64,000 nt of DNA from Tubiluchus corallicola (GCA_030141605.1 JAQGDQ010000004.1:186001-250000), one strand, 5' to 3'. Positions 42,085-57,239 are shown, counted from the first letter of the stretch. Program-made: numbers and translations. Notes: generated from the letters alone by a model not told the origin.

Positions 42085-42966
42085 GAAGAAGGCGAGATGG
42101 AGAGAAAATACAAAGAGCAATTAAGAGAGAGACTGAAAGAGATGGAGGGGAAGGTCGGAGATAAAAGTAATTAGAGAGAGTCAACAGTTTGAAGTGAAAC
42201 TATAATATGGAATTGAGATTCCGTCTGCCTCCAATTTCCATTATCTTAATGCTACTTTCTTTAACATGAGAAAATTATTTGGCGAAAGAGACGTCATACG
42301 TCACGCATGCCAGTGTAAATTTTCGCTAGAATCGGAAATATTGGCCACTTAGATGATGTCTCCTTGGAAATAATTTTCTTACATTATCCTAGTTATGTTT
42401 TACGCAAAATTATTGAATATACTGAATAATATACTAGTTGTTGTTGCTAAAATGTCAAAAAATGGTAAATGAATGAGCGAATCCATAGAATGTGAAAATT
42501 AGAAACATCTTTAGTCTCTAAATTTAACACAAGTTTCTATATTATGGTCTACGCACAAAACATAGTACTATACTATATTAGCAGTATTATGTCAATCAAA
42601 AATAACATTGTAATCTAAATTTCCTGTTTGCTAGAGATTTATTGGCTGGTCTCATGTCACATTTTTGCACTGACATCGTTCTAAAACATGTTGTAGTTCT
42701 ATAATTACTCATATAAGCTCGTGCTGCTATCTGGTGTTCGCTTTGTAGTTGTCAGCGATGTGCAAATTCTAGTAGAATGCCTTAAAAAGTTAACCGCCAT
42801 TATTGAATGGGACACGGGTAACGACCTATGTGAATACTAACGTAACACATTCGTCGGGCCAGGTTGAATCTTATAGTACACCACATTTGAGGACGTGTAT
42901 AAAAGGCACGCATTAAAAGGCATGAATCTTACATGAAGCTTAACAGCTAAATAACTGAACAGGGAC

Positions 42967-44496
42967 GTACTGAAAAACTTGTATTTGAACCAAACCAGCA
43001 TTTGAACCGAGCACATGTTCTGCCAATTGATCTATTTGGCTCAGGACGGGAATGAGATGGATGGTGGGGAGAAGGAGAGAGAAAGAGAGAGAGAGAGGGG
43101 GGAGGGAAAAAGGGAGGGAAAGGGTAGTAGTAGAGTAGTGTGCAGTAAAAACGTTCGATTTTCTTAACAAAAATGTAATAAAACTTATTACACGGTGGGT
43201 TGTTTATGAAATGGATATTGTTCTTGTTATAAAGAATTTGAAAATTTTACTTTAAGTAAAGGTGTTGAAAAAATTCAGCACCCACCGTGAAACATAACAT
43301 CCTTGCATTGATGAAAGTTCCGTATCCGTAAAATAAAGCATCCAGAAAGAGGCATATCCACGAAATATCGCACCTAATAAAATATTAAATTACAACAACC
43401 AATCGAAATGGGAAAGTTGCTCTCAAAGCTTTACTTATCGGACCGTCACGAGTAGCAAAGCCGTTGTCTAGAGTGTGCGAACTTTGAGATACCACACCAC
43501 AGTCAGCTTTAGGAAATCGTAAAATTTAACAGAAATTTCTGTTGAAAAAATAACATCACTTTTGTTTAATTTTCATGATTGTCCGCTTTACATTATTTTC
43601 CTTATCAACTTGGCGTTTCTTTTTCCCAGTCATTAAATTTTAAAACAGTAGATAGATCTTAAAAGACAAGAAAAGGGGTACCTGAAGTAGGTTTCAAAAA
43701 AGTCACCTTAAGAAATTATGTTACTTTATAGGCAATTTCATGCGTACATCGTACTCGTCTTTTTTGTCTGTTTTCATTTTAAATCTCCCACAATATTGTT
43801 CCGACAGCGCCATTACATGAGTCACATATGCACAACACAAATGAGGGGAAGAAAAGGAAATGTTAGACTATGTCCCAAAAAACTTTGCACGCAAAGTTAT
43901 ATTACTTAACATTACGCTTACCTGTTTGAAAGACTTGCGTAATTGGAAAAGAAAATTCTTAGTATTTTAAAATGTTTTCACCAAATGGTAAAATGTCGTT
44001 GACTCACATCCGGGGTGCGCCACTCACTAGCCAAAAACGTATTTTTAATCTTATTGACAAGTACAGGCAACTTTAAAATTTTACTTAGTTAGTAATATGT
44101 ATGCCACAAATGCTCTGATCATTTTTCAAAACTTTGCTCAGTGTTATCTAACCTTGTTTCAAATGACCTACCTTCAAAATGGCTGTGCCTAACGGTGATC
44201 CCGGGAGTTAAAATTTACACGTTTTATATAGCGTTATAGCCGATGCAAGCCCTGCATGCAAAAAGGCAGTATGCAAGTGGTATAAAAGTCCAAGACGAAT
44301 TTTTAAGCTTTATGTAAGTGGAGGATATTTTTGTGCTTTGAAGGACAAGAAACCCTTTGCTTACTTAAAGCTAAAAAATCGTCTTGAAATTCTGTATCGC
44401 TTACAGCCTTACATACTGCCTTGATGTGCATTCTAGCATGATGTCTATGCCTACATTACCTAAATAAAAAGTCTCGTAGTAATATCATTGTATACT
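42967..44496 (+). repeat. Copy A of a ~1.5-kb near-tandem direct duplication
   Basis: Colinear and highly similar to 44947-47098 from GTACTGAAAAACTTG to ATCATTGTATACT; ORFs 43718.. and 46330.. are nearly identical. Confidence 0.95.
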
Positions 44497-44946
44497 GCAC
44501 AAAGTTATAACAACCAAACCTGTTATACGTTCAGCGCAAGGTTATAGAACTGAAATATAAGTGTAAAGTGACCTAGTTTCTCGCACCTACTTTCTTGTGC
44601 GAGTGCTAAATTTCTTCCCAAGATCTTTGTATTAAACTTAAATCTTTGAAATAAACGCACAGAGTAGAAAACCTGATTAAATCAATCACACCGCTCCTGC
44701 CACCATCTGTAATGGCCGTGCATACAGGGGCAGACCATAGGGGCCAATTAATGGTAGTCGCTGCTAAGTTCGATCAGTTCCTTGGCCGAGCTAGGGGCAC
44801 TAACCGACTGCCCACTAAAGAAACAGACAATAGCTGAGCCTAGGCAGACTCTACTGGGGCTCTACCTAAATAGCATGGATTCTTTTGTGGTGGGATTGAT
44901 TAAAAACAGGCGTTCCATCTATACCCCCAAAACCAAACTGTAACCA

Positions 44947-47098
<2,152 letters not shown>

Positions 47099-47817
47099 TG
47101 GAACCCATACATAACCTATCATATAATTAGCCTGACCATCACGCCCAATATTGTAATACAGAGAAAAAAATTAATGTAATAACGAATCGGTAGTGTAATA
47201 AAAAACTAACGCATAATGCAATACCCGAAGTTAAAGCTTATTGTAACACCACAAAATGCATAACGTAATAACAAAAATTTTAACAGATAACGCAATACTG
47301 CAAGCCACTGTTTCTCGACACAGGAAACATTGGTGCCCCCGACTCCCCGATTTCGGTTTTGGTTATCTAGCTGAAGAGTTTCCCAAACGCAAATGGCCCA
47401 TATTCAGCCGTGCGCAAGATTTCGATCCCTTCTAGTCACATACCAAAAATTATGACCCTAGCTCAAAAACTGTAGGAGGGGATCAGCCTAATGAAAAAAC
47501 AAGAAACCCCGCTTGCCCGTGACCTTTTTTGTGACAGTTATACGTAAACATGGTAAAGACAACTTCATCAGAGCTCTAAACAATGCTGATGTAACATGGT
47601 ACTGATAATGATGACATCTATTAACTAGAAAGAAATAATAATAAACAAACGTCTTTTTATGGCACATTAACTGCTATTATTTCAATAATAATGTTATCAT
47701 GGATGACGACACAAGTGCTGCAAAGATTTCTGGCATAACATTATAGTAGTGGCATCATTTGGCAATGAAAAAGAAACGAAAACAGTCAAGTCATCACAGT
47801 CACTTAACGCACCAAAT

Positions 47818-49086
47818 TTATGCAAAATTGTATCTACTGACATCAATTAAGATTCTATGAACGTGAACGTAGTCCACTTTCGGAAAATGTATTGTTACTT
47901 TAACATATAAGCGTATGGTCTGCGGTCCGTCAAATCCTTTTCTTACCGACACGCCACCATTAATAGCGCCTTTCAACACTGCTGTAAAATCTGAACTTGT
48001 TGGACGAAGTTTTCCAGAACAGTTTTCACAGTCAACTTTTATAATTTCAACATCTGTAGGCCGGGAGGTCGGCTGCGCAAGCCTGCCACCAAAGGTGTAA
48101 AATTCGAATCCCTTATGTGGAAGATTCTCATCTTCTGAGCGAAATGATATGTAGTTCACAGTGTATGAGTTTTCACATACAGTGTCAGCGCCACACCGTC
48201 CTGAAGCTACATCTCTGTTGCAGCGAAAGAAGATGGCATTGTTTGTGGTACTCTTTTTATATCCAGCAGAACACTGATGACGTTCGCAAGAAAACCCTCC
48301 AAACTTGTTGAAGCAGACTTCATCTGGCTTACATGGGTTACTCTTACACTCGTCTACATCCTCGCAGCTGCGGCCGTCTGCCCGAAGATGGTATCCCGTT
48401 GGACAAGTACATTTCCAAGTACCCGGTATGTTTTCGCAACGCCACTCACAGTCAGTTACCAAGTAGTTTCCCAGATTACATTCATCAATATCAACACAGA
48501 CAGCCTTAGATATGTGTTTGTCGTTTTTATCAACCGGGTTTTGAAATTTGTAACCATTTGGACACGATAGTGTTTTTTCACTCCTTATATCTAAACACTT
48601 TATGTAGTTGGCTCCAGTTCTACACCTTGGTAAATTACGTTCAACTACATCAACATCAGTAAGTGGCGCTGCAAAAGCAACATTGTTCTTTTTCTCGTGC
48701 AGTTCATTAATCTTTGTGGTTAATTCTATATTTTTCCTTTCAAGATCATTGTTCTCTTCTTGTAACTGTGATATTCTTGCCTCTAATAACTCCGAATTAT
48801 CAGTTAGTGAGTATTGGTTGAATGCCTGAGTGGCATTGTTTCTTTCATGCAGTTTTCTGATTTCTTCATACAGTTGAGCATTGAGAAGTTGAAGTTCTTC
48901 TTTATCCTCTTGCAGCTTGGATATTCTTGTTCTTTGCATTTCAATAAATCCCACCACTAAATCCCCATATATGGGACAATGAGTTTTGGAAACAGTAAAA
49001 TCAAATCTACACTGATCTTGTGGCAACACCCGATTATCAACAAGAATTATTACCAACAAAACCAAAACGCTGCTGGCTAAACTCAT
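47818..49086 (-). CDS. Intronless secreted fibulin-like protein: signal peptide, duplicated coiled coil, calcium-binding EGF repeats, fibulin-type C-terminal domain
   Basis: Single long ORF; likely start MSLASSVLVLLVIILVDNRVLP (ATG at 49084-49086). cbEGF motifs VDIDEC...CENIPGTWKCTCPTGY and EDVDEC...CFNKFGGFSC; C-terminus ...HRILIDVSRYNFA resembles fibulin/hemicentin ends. Confidence 0.9.
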   Translation of the reverse strand: MSLASSVLVLLVIILVDNRVLPQDQCRFDFTVSKTHCPIYGDLVVGFIEMQRTRISKLQEDKEELQLLNAQLYEEIRKLHERNNATQAFNQYSLTDNSELLEARISQLQEENNDLERKNIELTTKINELHEKKNNVAFAAPLTDVDVVERNLPRCRTGANYIKCLDIRSEKTLSCPNGYKFQNPVDKNDKHISKAVCVDIDECNLGNYLVTDCEWRCENIPGTWKCTCPTGYHLRADGRSCEDVDECKSNPCKPDEVCFNKFGGFSCERHQCSAGYKKSTTNNAIFFRCNRDVASGRCGADTVCENSYTVNYISFRSEDENLPHKGFEFYTFGGRLAQPTSRPTDVEIIKVDCENCSGKLRPTSSDFTAVLKGAINGGVSVRKGFDGPQTIRLYVKVTIHFPKVDYVHVHRILIDVSRYNFA

Positions 49087-51830
49087 GTCGATTAAATCAC
49101 AAAGTAGAAGTTTTCGAACGTAAGGCACTCAAGCACCAATACAGTGAAACAAATCTGTCCGACATATTTTTGCGCAATTCAGAAAATTACACCTAGGTTT
49201 TCTAGTCATCGGTGACGGCTGTTGACTATTGCACACTTCAGTGAGGGCCAATAAAGCAAGCACCTACGTCAGTACCTCGAGAAAGGTAAATAAAAACCGT
49301 CTACTGCGTATTGTGACCATAATAATTTATATCCTAGGTGTTGGTTGAACTCATCTGAGAAACGAATGTTTGTGAATTTATATGCGCTTCTGCAGTGCCG
49401 CCCCAGGACATATTCTAATATCTTAGCTTTTCCAAGTTAGACCTTTAGGTCAGAGAGCGCAGTTGATTCAAGGCGCTTCTTAACATTATCTTTATAACAT
49501 TGCTCTATTGTTATACTTTGTAGCTTACTCATTATTAAGCCTTTAAGTTAATACATGTAATACAACTTTTTGTTTATATGTAAACAAATTGCAGTTCAGC
49601 CAATAGCTACTTTTCAACATCAGGTTAGTCCTATGCATTTCCGATTATTTTTATAATCGATATAAGCAAAGGTATAGAACTTTCGTATTTGATAAAGAGC
49701 AGTATATTATCTTGCCTCCTAGCGGAAGACCTATGTTGAGCGTTTTAAAGCTGGTAATAGTAAACGCCCCATTTGTAATGCCAAAAAAATTAGGGCGCGT
49801 TGTATTAAAAATCAAAGCTTATTGTAATAACGATAATGTAATAAAATTAACGGATAATGTAATAACAAAAAAACGCATCCCCAAAAGTTCTCCTAAATGC
49901 AAAATGTAATTATAACCTGAGGTTTAACGCATATTGTAACAGCAGGAAAGGTATATCTTTCTCTCTCTCATATATATATAAGAAATACACACATATAACA
50001 AAAATTTTAACCAACATTTAGTAAGTAGTAGTAAGTAGCAAAATTAATGTTGCGTGGTACAAATTTTTATACATGTATGTAATAAAATAATTTTATCTCT
50101 CTCATTTTGATTTTTTAGATATTACGTTAAAATCATTCTTAAAACTTCGTGATAACCTTTGATAATGATTCGTCATGAAATATGATCATATTGCCGTTTT
50201 AATTTCTGTTACGAAAGTTCCAAAACTTTAAAAACTTTTGATAAAATATAGTTACAAATTTACACACCTAAAATGAATCGCATTCAAAGCAGTGATTGGC
50301 TGACAAACTTCGGGCTATTACATTATGCGTTTTCGGGGTCTTACATTATGCGTTATGTTTTAGATGTTCGGTCAGTTGTTCCATTAATTGCTGAATTTTA
50401 TTACAATATGAGTTCATTTTTTCTATGTAACAATATCGGAGGTTTATTACATTATCAGTTGTAAGAGGGCTGTTAATTTTTTATTTAACCTTTAGTATAA
50501 ATAATCCAAAGAAGGTCAATGTGTTCTCATCAAGATAAGGCTGGCTAGTTTTTTTCTTTTGATTTCCTAACATTTTTTGTATTATATGTAATCATTCGTA
50601 ATTACAAATTCACAAATTTACATGACTGACTACATCCATCAAACTGGTTTTCTACGCAGCAGCATCAATAAGTTACAAGTTATTAGGAACTCGAACAACA
50701 AACTGTGGCAACAAATCAACAGTGGTGGCGATGGCAGCGACAGCGGTAAATGTGACAGACAGTGCAGCAAAGGAGTCACTCCGTTCCTGGTTACATGCGT
50801 ATGACCTTTTCCAAGTGTGGAATAATGTGGAATTAATCTGGGAACTGAGACGGTCGTAATACGGTATCGTATGACTGTTTGAAGCAGATAGAACGGCTAA
50901 ACTACGCCTCATTACATTGATTTTTCCTTTTACGCCATAAACATTGGTCTGCACGTTTCTATAGAAACACACACTTGCAATAAGTCACCGGCTTAGTAAG
51001 AATATTTTGTGAAGCCGTCCAAATCAGAAAGATTAGTTCAGCAGTTTCCATTTGTGGTCTTTAGAATTGCGCTGCTACTGTATGTGTTCAATTAATGGTC
51101 AGTAAAGGAAAGGATAAAGTTGCGACATTCGATCATAGTTATGTGAAGTATTTTCAATTATTAAATACGTTAAGCCTACCAATAAAGGAAAAATATTGGA
51201 GAATTTTCAAGAAATATGGGTGTAAATTTGGTATGAATGTTAACAAACGAAGAATGATAGATCCATGTTTAAAGGTACGCATTATTCTAAGCCGCTACAC
51301 GTTTAATCGTTTAGTAAAGCTCATATTGAATCCAAATTCTTCGTTACGAAATCGACTAATAGTGCTCTTTGGAATGTACTATACAGGTTATAAATTAAGA
51401 AATAAAAAGCCAGTAACCTATTAGTCTATTTTGTATGATTTTAGACATTGGTTCTTGCTAGCGATCTTTTCAGAACGCATTATCAATACCATTTTATTTG
51501 ATGTTTTGGACTCTTGTGCCTGAACAAATAATGTAGTATAATATAAAATTATATAATATAATATCATAAAATGTGTAGCTCACACCACGATGAAAGGTAA
51601 ATGCGCTTTAGCATTATCAATTTCAGTGTTAATCAAAACCTTGAAAATAGTGAAATTCTGTGAATGTGCGAAAAATTGAATTTGTTTTCGACATCTACTG
51701 AAACTACGCAACTTTAAGCAGTGAGTACCAGAAACATTTTGCTAAGCTCAAATAGATATACTCATAATTATAGGAAACTGAAACTTCTTATTTGACAAGC
51801 CAAATGACCCAAAATCCCAAACAAGGATAA

Positions 51831-52488
51831 ATGGAAAATAAAAAGAAACCTTGGAGAAAACATGAAAAGGTGCAAATGTCATGATTAGACATTTGCCAAT
51901 TGATAAAAAAAGAATTTCCGATTTTAAAATTGTGTAGCATGAAAAAAATCGACTTAGCTTATTTCGTGTGGGTAAAACTTGTTAACAAGAAGAATAGATT
52001 TTCACCCACGCTTTACACCATCATTTTGAGCTAGAGGCTGTAAATTTTGGCTAGTAATTAATTCAGTCACAGGGCGTGCCGTTTTTGCTCCGAAGTAGAA
52101 TTCCGCCTTCATTTATCAAGTTGTCTAACGACGCTATACATTTCAGATTTTCCGCAAGGAGGCGGAGGAAAAGGAAGAAATTTCTTTGAGTTCAAAGCCG
52201 AAACCTGTACATTCACCACTTCATAAAGTGATCATGGTTGGGAGTGGAGGAGTAGGAAAGTCAGCTCTTACTCTACAATTTATGTACGATGAGGTAAAAT
52301 GACGAAAATACTCCAAAAACAAGCAAATCTGTATCTGTAGAACTATTTAATGAAATTTAGAATAATACCAAATATTTACCAAATAGTATATCAAATATTC
52401 CCCCAATACAATAACATATATATATATATTGTATTGTATGTATTTTTGGCAATAATGAATATCAACACGACATATGAATGTGAATGTG

Positions 52489-52520
<32 letters not shown>

Positions 52521-52543
52521 CGTGCGTGCGTGTGCGTGCGTGC

Positions 52544-52578
<35 letters not shown>

Positions 52579-55500
52579 CTTAGTCACACTTTGCAATGTT
52601 TTATGTGCTACGTTTTAAGTAATATTGCACCTTGCAATGTTTTATGTGCTACGTTTTAAGTAATATTGCACTTTGCAATGTTCTAAAGACTACCTTAAAG
52701 GAAGTTATTATTACACTTGTTAAGCATGTAAGAAACCGACGAGGCAAGATTGACTAAAACAGGTTGAACAAAAAAGTTGAGCAAGCGATTAGGTAAGTTT
52801 ATTTCAAAAAGATACCCACAGACCAATCAACCCGGTGCGCCATAATGATACTATACTGTATCAAAAATTTTAAGAATGGTCACAGATTGCCTTCCTCTTT
52901 TGTTTGGAGGGAAAGAACCCTAAAGCTGTTGAAAGGTGTTCTTATGCTATATTGCTGTTTCTTAGCACAGGAGGCATTTTGTACTAGACCTGCAGAGAAA
53001 TAATTTATCCAGACAAGAAGACGCATTCAAAAGACGTTTCGCTCGCAACTGAACAAATGAGCGAGCCTTCAGATTTAACTTTTCATAATTGTCTCTTAAA
53101 TTGGCGACTTTTTGTGAAGTGTCTTGTACGTTCGTCTTTTTCCTAAGGTTTAATATGTGCCTCGCTAATTCACTGCTAGATTGACTGTACCTCTTAAATT
53201 TTACCTTTCTGTGTGGGTATGGATCATACGATCTGTGATCTAGATTATGACCCGCAATCTTCCACGTTGTTTCAATGATCATTTGGTGAGGTACAACAAT
53301 GTTTCAGGGCGCCAAGTTATTGCTTTCTATCCTAAATAACGTTTAAAACTTTGACTGAAAAACAAATAAATTCGTCAAGCTACACTGTATCAAAATTGGT
53401 AAAAAAAATCGTCTTGCAGTTTACAATTTATTTATTATATATCTATGAAACGTTATAGCAACTTTGACTAACAGTTAAGATTGTAGTGTCCATCAAAATT
53501 TTATGCTTTTTGTGTATTAACAGCCAAGCCATACTAAATTTAACTTAAATTGAGTTAGCAATAGAAAAGTTATGTCAACCATGATTGATCACCTCATCCA
53601 TCAACAACTGGGAAAACAAATGAATGTACAACAACAATTGTACCATTCGCAAAGCAATTCAGATGCAGTAACACCAGATGAAATTCTTTCTAGTTTGTAG
53701 AGGATTATGAACCAACTAAAGCTGATTCTTATCGCAAGAAGATATCTCTAAACGGCAACGATGCCCAGATTGACATTCTCGATACTGCTGGACAGGAAGA
53801 CTACACTGCCATCCGGGATAACTACTTCCGGTCGGGAGAGGGTTTTCTCTGTGTTTTCTCTCTCACGGAACGAGAATCGTTTGCAGCAACTGATGACTTA
53901 CGGTAAGCAGAAGTACCCAGACGAACATCGAGGCCTTTCTCTGCCAGTCTTGGCATCTTCTCACGCCTTAATCATACGTGCGTCCTTCCTTGTAGAATTC
54001 CTGTTAACAATACGTTACCTAGGAATTCCAGTTGTGCTTGATTTAGCAATAATTGTTTAAATTGTGGTAAACAAGGCTTTTGAAAATCGTGGCCTCTTCA
54101 GATTATGCGCTTACCTATCCGTTACTTAATAACTACATCTTACCCAGATTTGCTACTAAGTGCATTCACGAAACATTTATTGGCATTACCAAAATTTGTC
54201 TTCATAGTTTTTACATTTTAGGTTTTTTTGGTAAAATTTTGTGTTTTTAGCTCTGCGAAGCAGTTTAGTTATGTTAATCCATAATGAAACAAAATAGTGA
54301 TTTAATGTTTAAAATGATCTTTTAATGAGCGTCTAATTAATTTGTGCCGCTTAATTTGAAATGCTTATTAAATTTTTAGTTTAAGTGAAGTGTTTATTTA
54401 TTTTAGGCTAAATCAAATGTAAACAAGAAAAATGATTTGGCCTGGCGGGTCCAGTAGAGCTAATTTATCCATCACAAATGCTTGACCAAAGTTAGACGAT
54501 ATTTATAAAGTGCGTCGATGTATCATAGTGTATCACAGCAAATTTCTGTGCATTTTGTTTTTTTTCTGGGCAAATTTCTTGACATTTTGACACTTATTGA
54601 TTGTTGACTACTGGTCGTTGATCAGTAGGAGTAGTCTCTTGTCCTTTAAACAATTTCGTTTCTTGGCTGCCCAACTGTCCGGAATACAATTACGAATAAC
54701 TACGCCCTTTATGGGTAACTTACCCTCTTGTACATCTCTTGTTAGGGATGTTTAATGGATCTTATTTCACAGCAGATAGAGGCTGTATCATTATTTAATA
54801 ATATCAATAATTTTTTTTTCAATAATAAATAATTGATTAATCATTGATAAGTTGAATTTTTTAGTCGGCCTACTTTGTTTTTTCACATTTATTACTTGTA
54901 GTGCTTCTGATTTGGTTAGTGATCGCGAATTGATTATTTAAAAAGTGCCCTGTATTTGGTCTTGCGACTGTGCATTACCATACTACGTATTTTTTACGAA
55001 TTAATGTAAGAGGGGCTGGTACGAGAATAATGATAATTTTTTTATTTACTCCTCTATTAACAGGCCATTGCTGCAACTATGATGAGAGAATATCTATGTC
55101 GTTCGTTGCAAAGCTTCATTTTCTCTGAAACAAGGCAATAAATCGGATATTCTGATTTGATTTAGGGATCAGATTCTTCGAGTGAAGAGTGAAAGCAGTA
55201 TACCGTTCGTCCTTGTTGGCAACAAATCTGATCTTGTAGACGCCAGGCAGATAACCATGGAGGAAGCCCAACAGCTGGCAGATAAATGGAAAGTTCCTTA
55301 CATAGAAACCTCTGCGAAAACAAAAGAGAATGTGGACAAGGTAACAGAAACAGGACTGAATCCTTTACTCATGTTAGATAACCATCACTAGTTAAAAACG
55401 TGTACGTTTGAAACAACTGTTGCACTCTGCCTTCATTAATTATAGCTAAACAAAACTACATTTATGTTTAGCCCTGTAGTAGATTAGTACATACGTATGC

Positions 55501-55899
55501 AAAATTGCAATTCATAACTAGACCAGACGTTTTTGAAATTTAGATGCACAAAACAAGGATATATTTGAATCAAATTCAAATTTAAGAGTTATTGGTACTA
55601 CACAATACAGTTATTGCTTTGCTGTTATAAATGACAGCTAAATCACACAGTTGGGCAATCGTGATGCATAGGAGCCATCCGTCAATGCCTAGAGGTGTGT
55701 TATATAGGCTAACTGGCTGCCCACGTTTTTTAGTTAGTGTAGTTGATACCAATAATAAAGCTTCAATGCCTATTCTGCTTGAATTTTTCAGGCATTTTTT
55801 GACCTTATGGGGATCATACGCACACAGAAAGCTGATACTCTTAGACGCGGGATGGAGAAAGCCGAAAAAAGTTCTCATAAATATTGCGCAATTCTTTGA
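51831..55899 (+). CDS. RAL: Ras-related GTPase Ral; first exon tentative
   Basis: Exons 52147-52293 (...[25 protein letters not shown]), 53694-53902 ([16 protein letters not shown]...[27 protein letters not shown]), 55166-55340 (...[10 protein letters not shown]...[14 protein letters not shown]), 55792-55899 (AFFDLM...KYCAIL*, CaaX). The effector loop YEPTKADSY is Ral-specific. Putative first coding exon 51831-51869 ([13 protein letters not shown], phase 0). Confidence 0.95.
52488..52575. repeat. Compound (TA)n/(TG)n/(CGTG)n microsatellite
   Basis: Visible directly. Confidence 0.95.
52587..52681. repeat. 41-bp minisatellite, ~2.3 copies
   Basis: CACYTTGCAATGTTTTATGTGCTACGTTTTAAGTAATATTG repeated. 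Confidence 0.9.
52962..53282 (-). mobile_element. Penelope-like element GIY-YIG endonuclease C-terminal remnant in a Ral intron
   Basis: [21 protein letters not shown]...[22 protein letters not shown] resembles the PLE pattern 'STELSKHIWxLK...LLNxRxE...CRHxxKxLL'. Confidence 0.55.
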
Positions 55900-57239
55900 C
55901 AGATGGCAGCAGCATGGCGTTGGTGCGAATACACACTACGGTCCGAACACATTAAAGTCCCGCTTTCTTATTAGTCCTTTAGAGCATCAGTACATGGCTT
56001 CTTAAAGCTTGTTTCCCCTAAATCTGTGTGTCATTACCTGTACACTTATTACATAGTCCGTGCATTTGCATGGTGATAAAACTTACATACTCCTAAATGA
56101 GATTTCCAGAAAAAGACACTAGAATAGCCTATTGGTTACAGCAAAAAAAAGTAGACACTTAGATTTTTCTGCAAAAAAACATTATAATATCAGGCGATAT
56201 TATGTTTCTAGCTTTATGAAGCATTTTATTAAAAAATCAGACAAACTTAAACGATAATTAAAAACATAAAAAGTTTTTTTTATTTGTAGTACTGCAATTA
56301 CACTGCAACAAGTTGTACGGCTACCTTAGAGCTGCATCCTTTGATGAGCACAATAGTTTGCTATAAACTCATTAGAAAGTAACTAACTTATGGTCATAAG
56401 AATTTGTTAAAAGTTTTCGTTTTAGCTTTTTTACAGAAAACTTGATACACAACAACCAGCAAAATAAATTTTTAATTGTTTTTTTGTAGATTTTTTCTAA
56501 CGTGTTATTTAGTCAAAAACGATTTTGATTGTGATTTTGATGCATTTATTGTTTCTCTCAAAATGATTTCTTTAAATTAAAATTATAATTGTTCTATATT
56601 TGTTGGCTTTTTAGTTTTATTATAATTACTTTGCATTGTGGTCATAACGTGTTCAGAATGTATAATCTGTTTAGCAATAGTGAAAACACGATGCCCAGTT
56701 TAAGCTGAATCCGCCCGGTTCGAGTGCCTTTATAAACGATAGTGAATTTACCGTGCAGACTGCATGCATAAATTATATATATATATATACATACACATAT
56801 ATACACAGAAAAAGATTCTCTCAACACCACTTTTTGTCAATTTTGCCACTAGTTTCGTATATTTATTATAACCATTTCGTATACTTATTATAATCATCAG
56901 GTGGCGGAAACAAAAAAGAATTCAAATGTAAACAATTTTTTTGCTCATTAAGCTATAAAATTCCAATGATAAGTGAAGTGTTATTGTACTTACATTAATG
57001 TGTATCTGATCAAGCTTTTATTTATACGTGATCTCCATGATTACAATGAACACAATTAAAATGTTTACACATAGCTTTCATTTTATACGTCAATAAGCCA
57101 GCTGATCACTGTGCTAGCCCCTAGTCATGCAGTTTATCAAGGCAGTGCTGCCATCTATCACTGATTACTTTTCAGCTATTTAATTTTATGAGATCAGGCA
57201 TGTCTGCAGAGCCCAAGAATAGATGCAATAAGAGATGTA

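Noticed and set aside
41876-42184. SL/ER-repeat ORFs (also 45571-45780 and 52350-52659)
   Set aside because: Translations of GA and TG microsatellites
44700-44865. SRP/7SL-like RNA in the duplication spacer
   Set aside because: Only a short CTAAGTTCG resemblance; the conserved SRP helices are not found
50622-50972. Overlapping ORFs in a GC-richer patch upstream of Ral
   Set aside because: No recognisable domain or consistent splice structure; left unassigned
52587-52681. CRISPR-like repeat
   Set aside because: Head-to-tail minisatellite without spacers, in a eukaryotic intron
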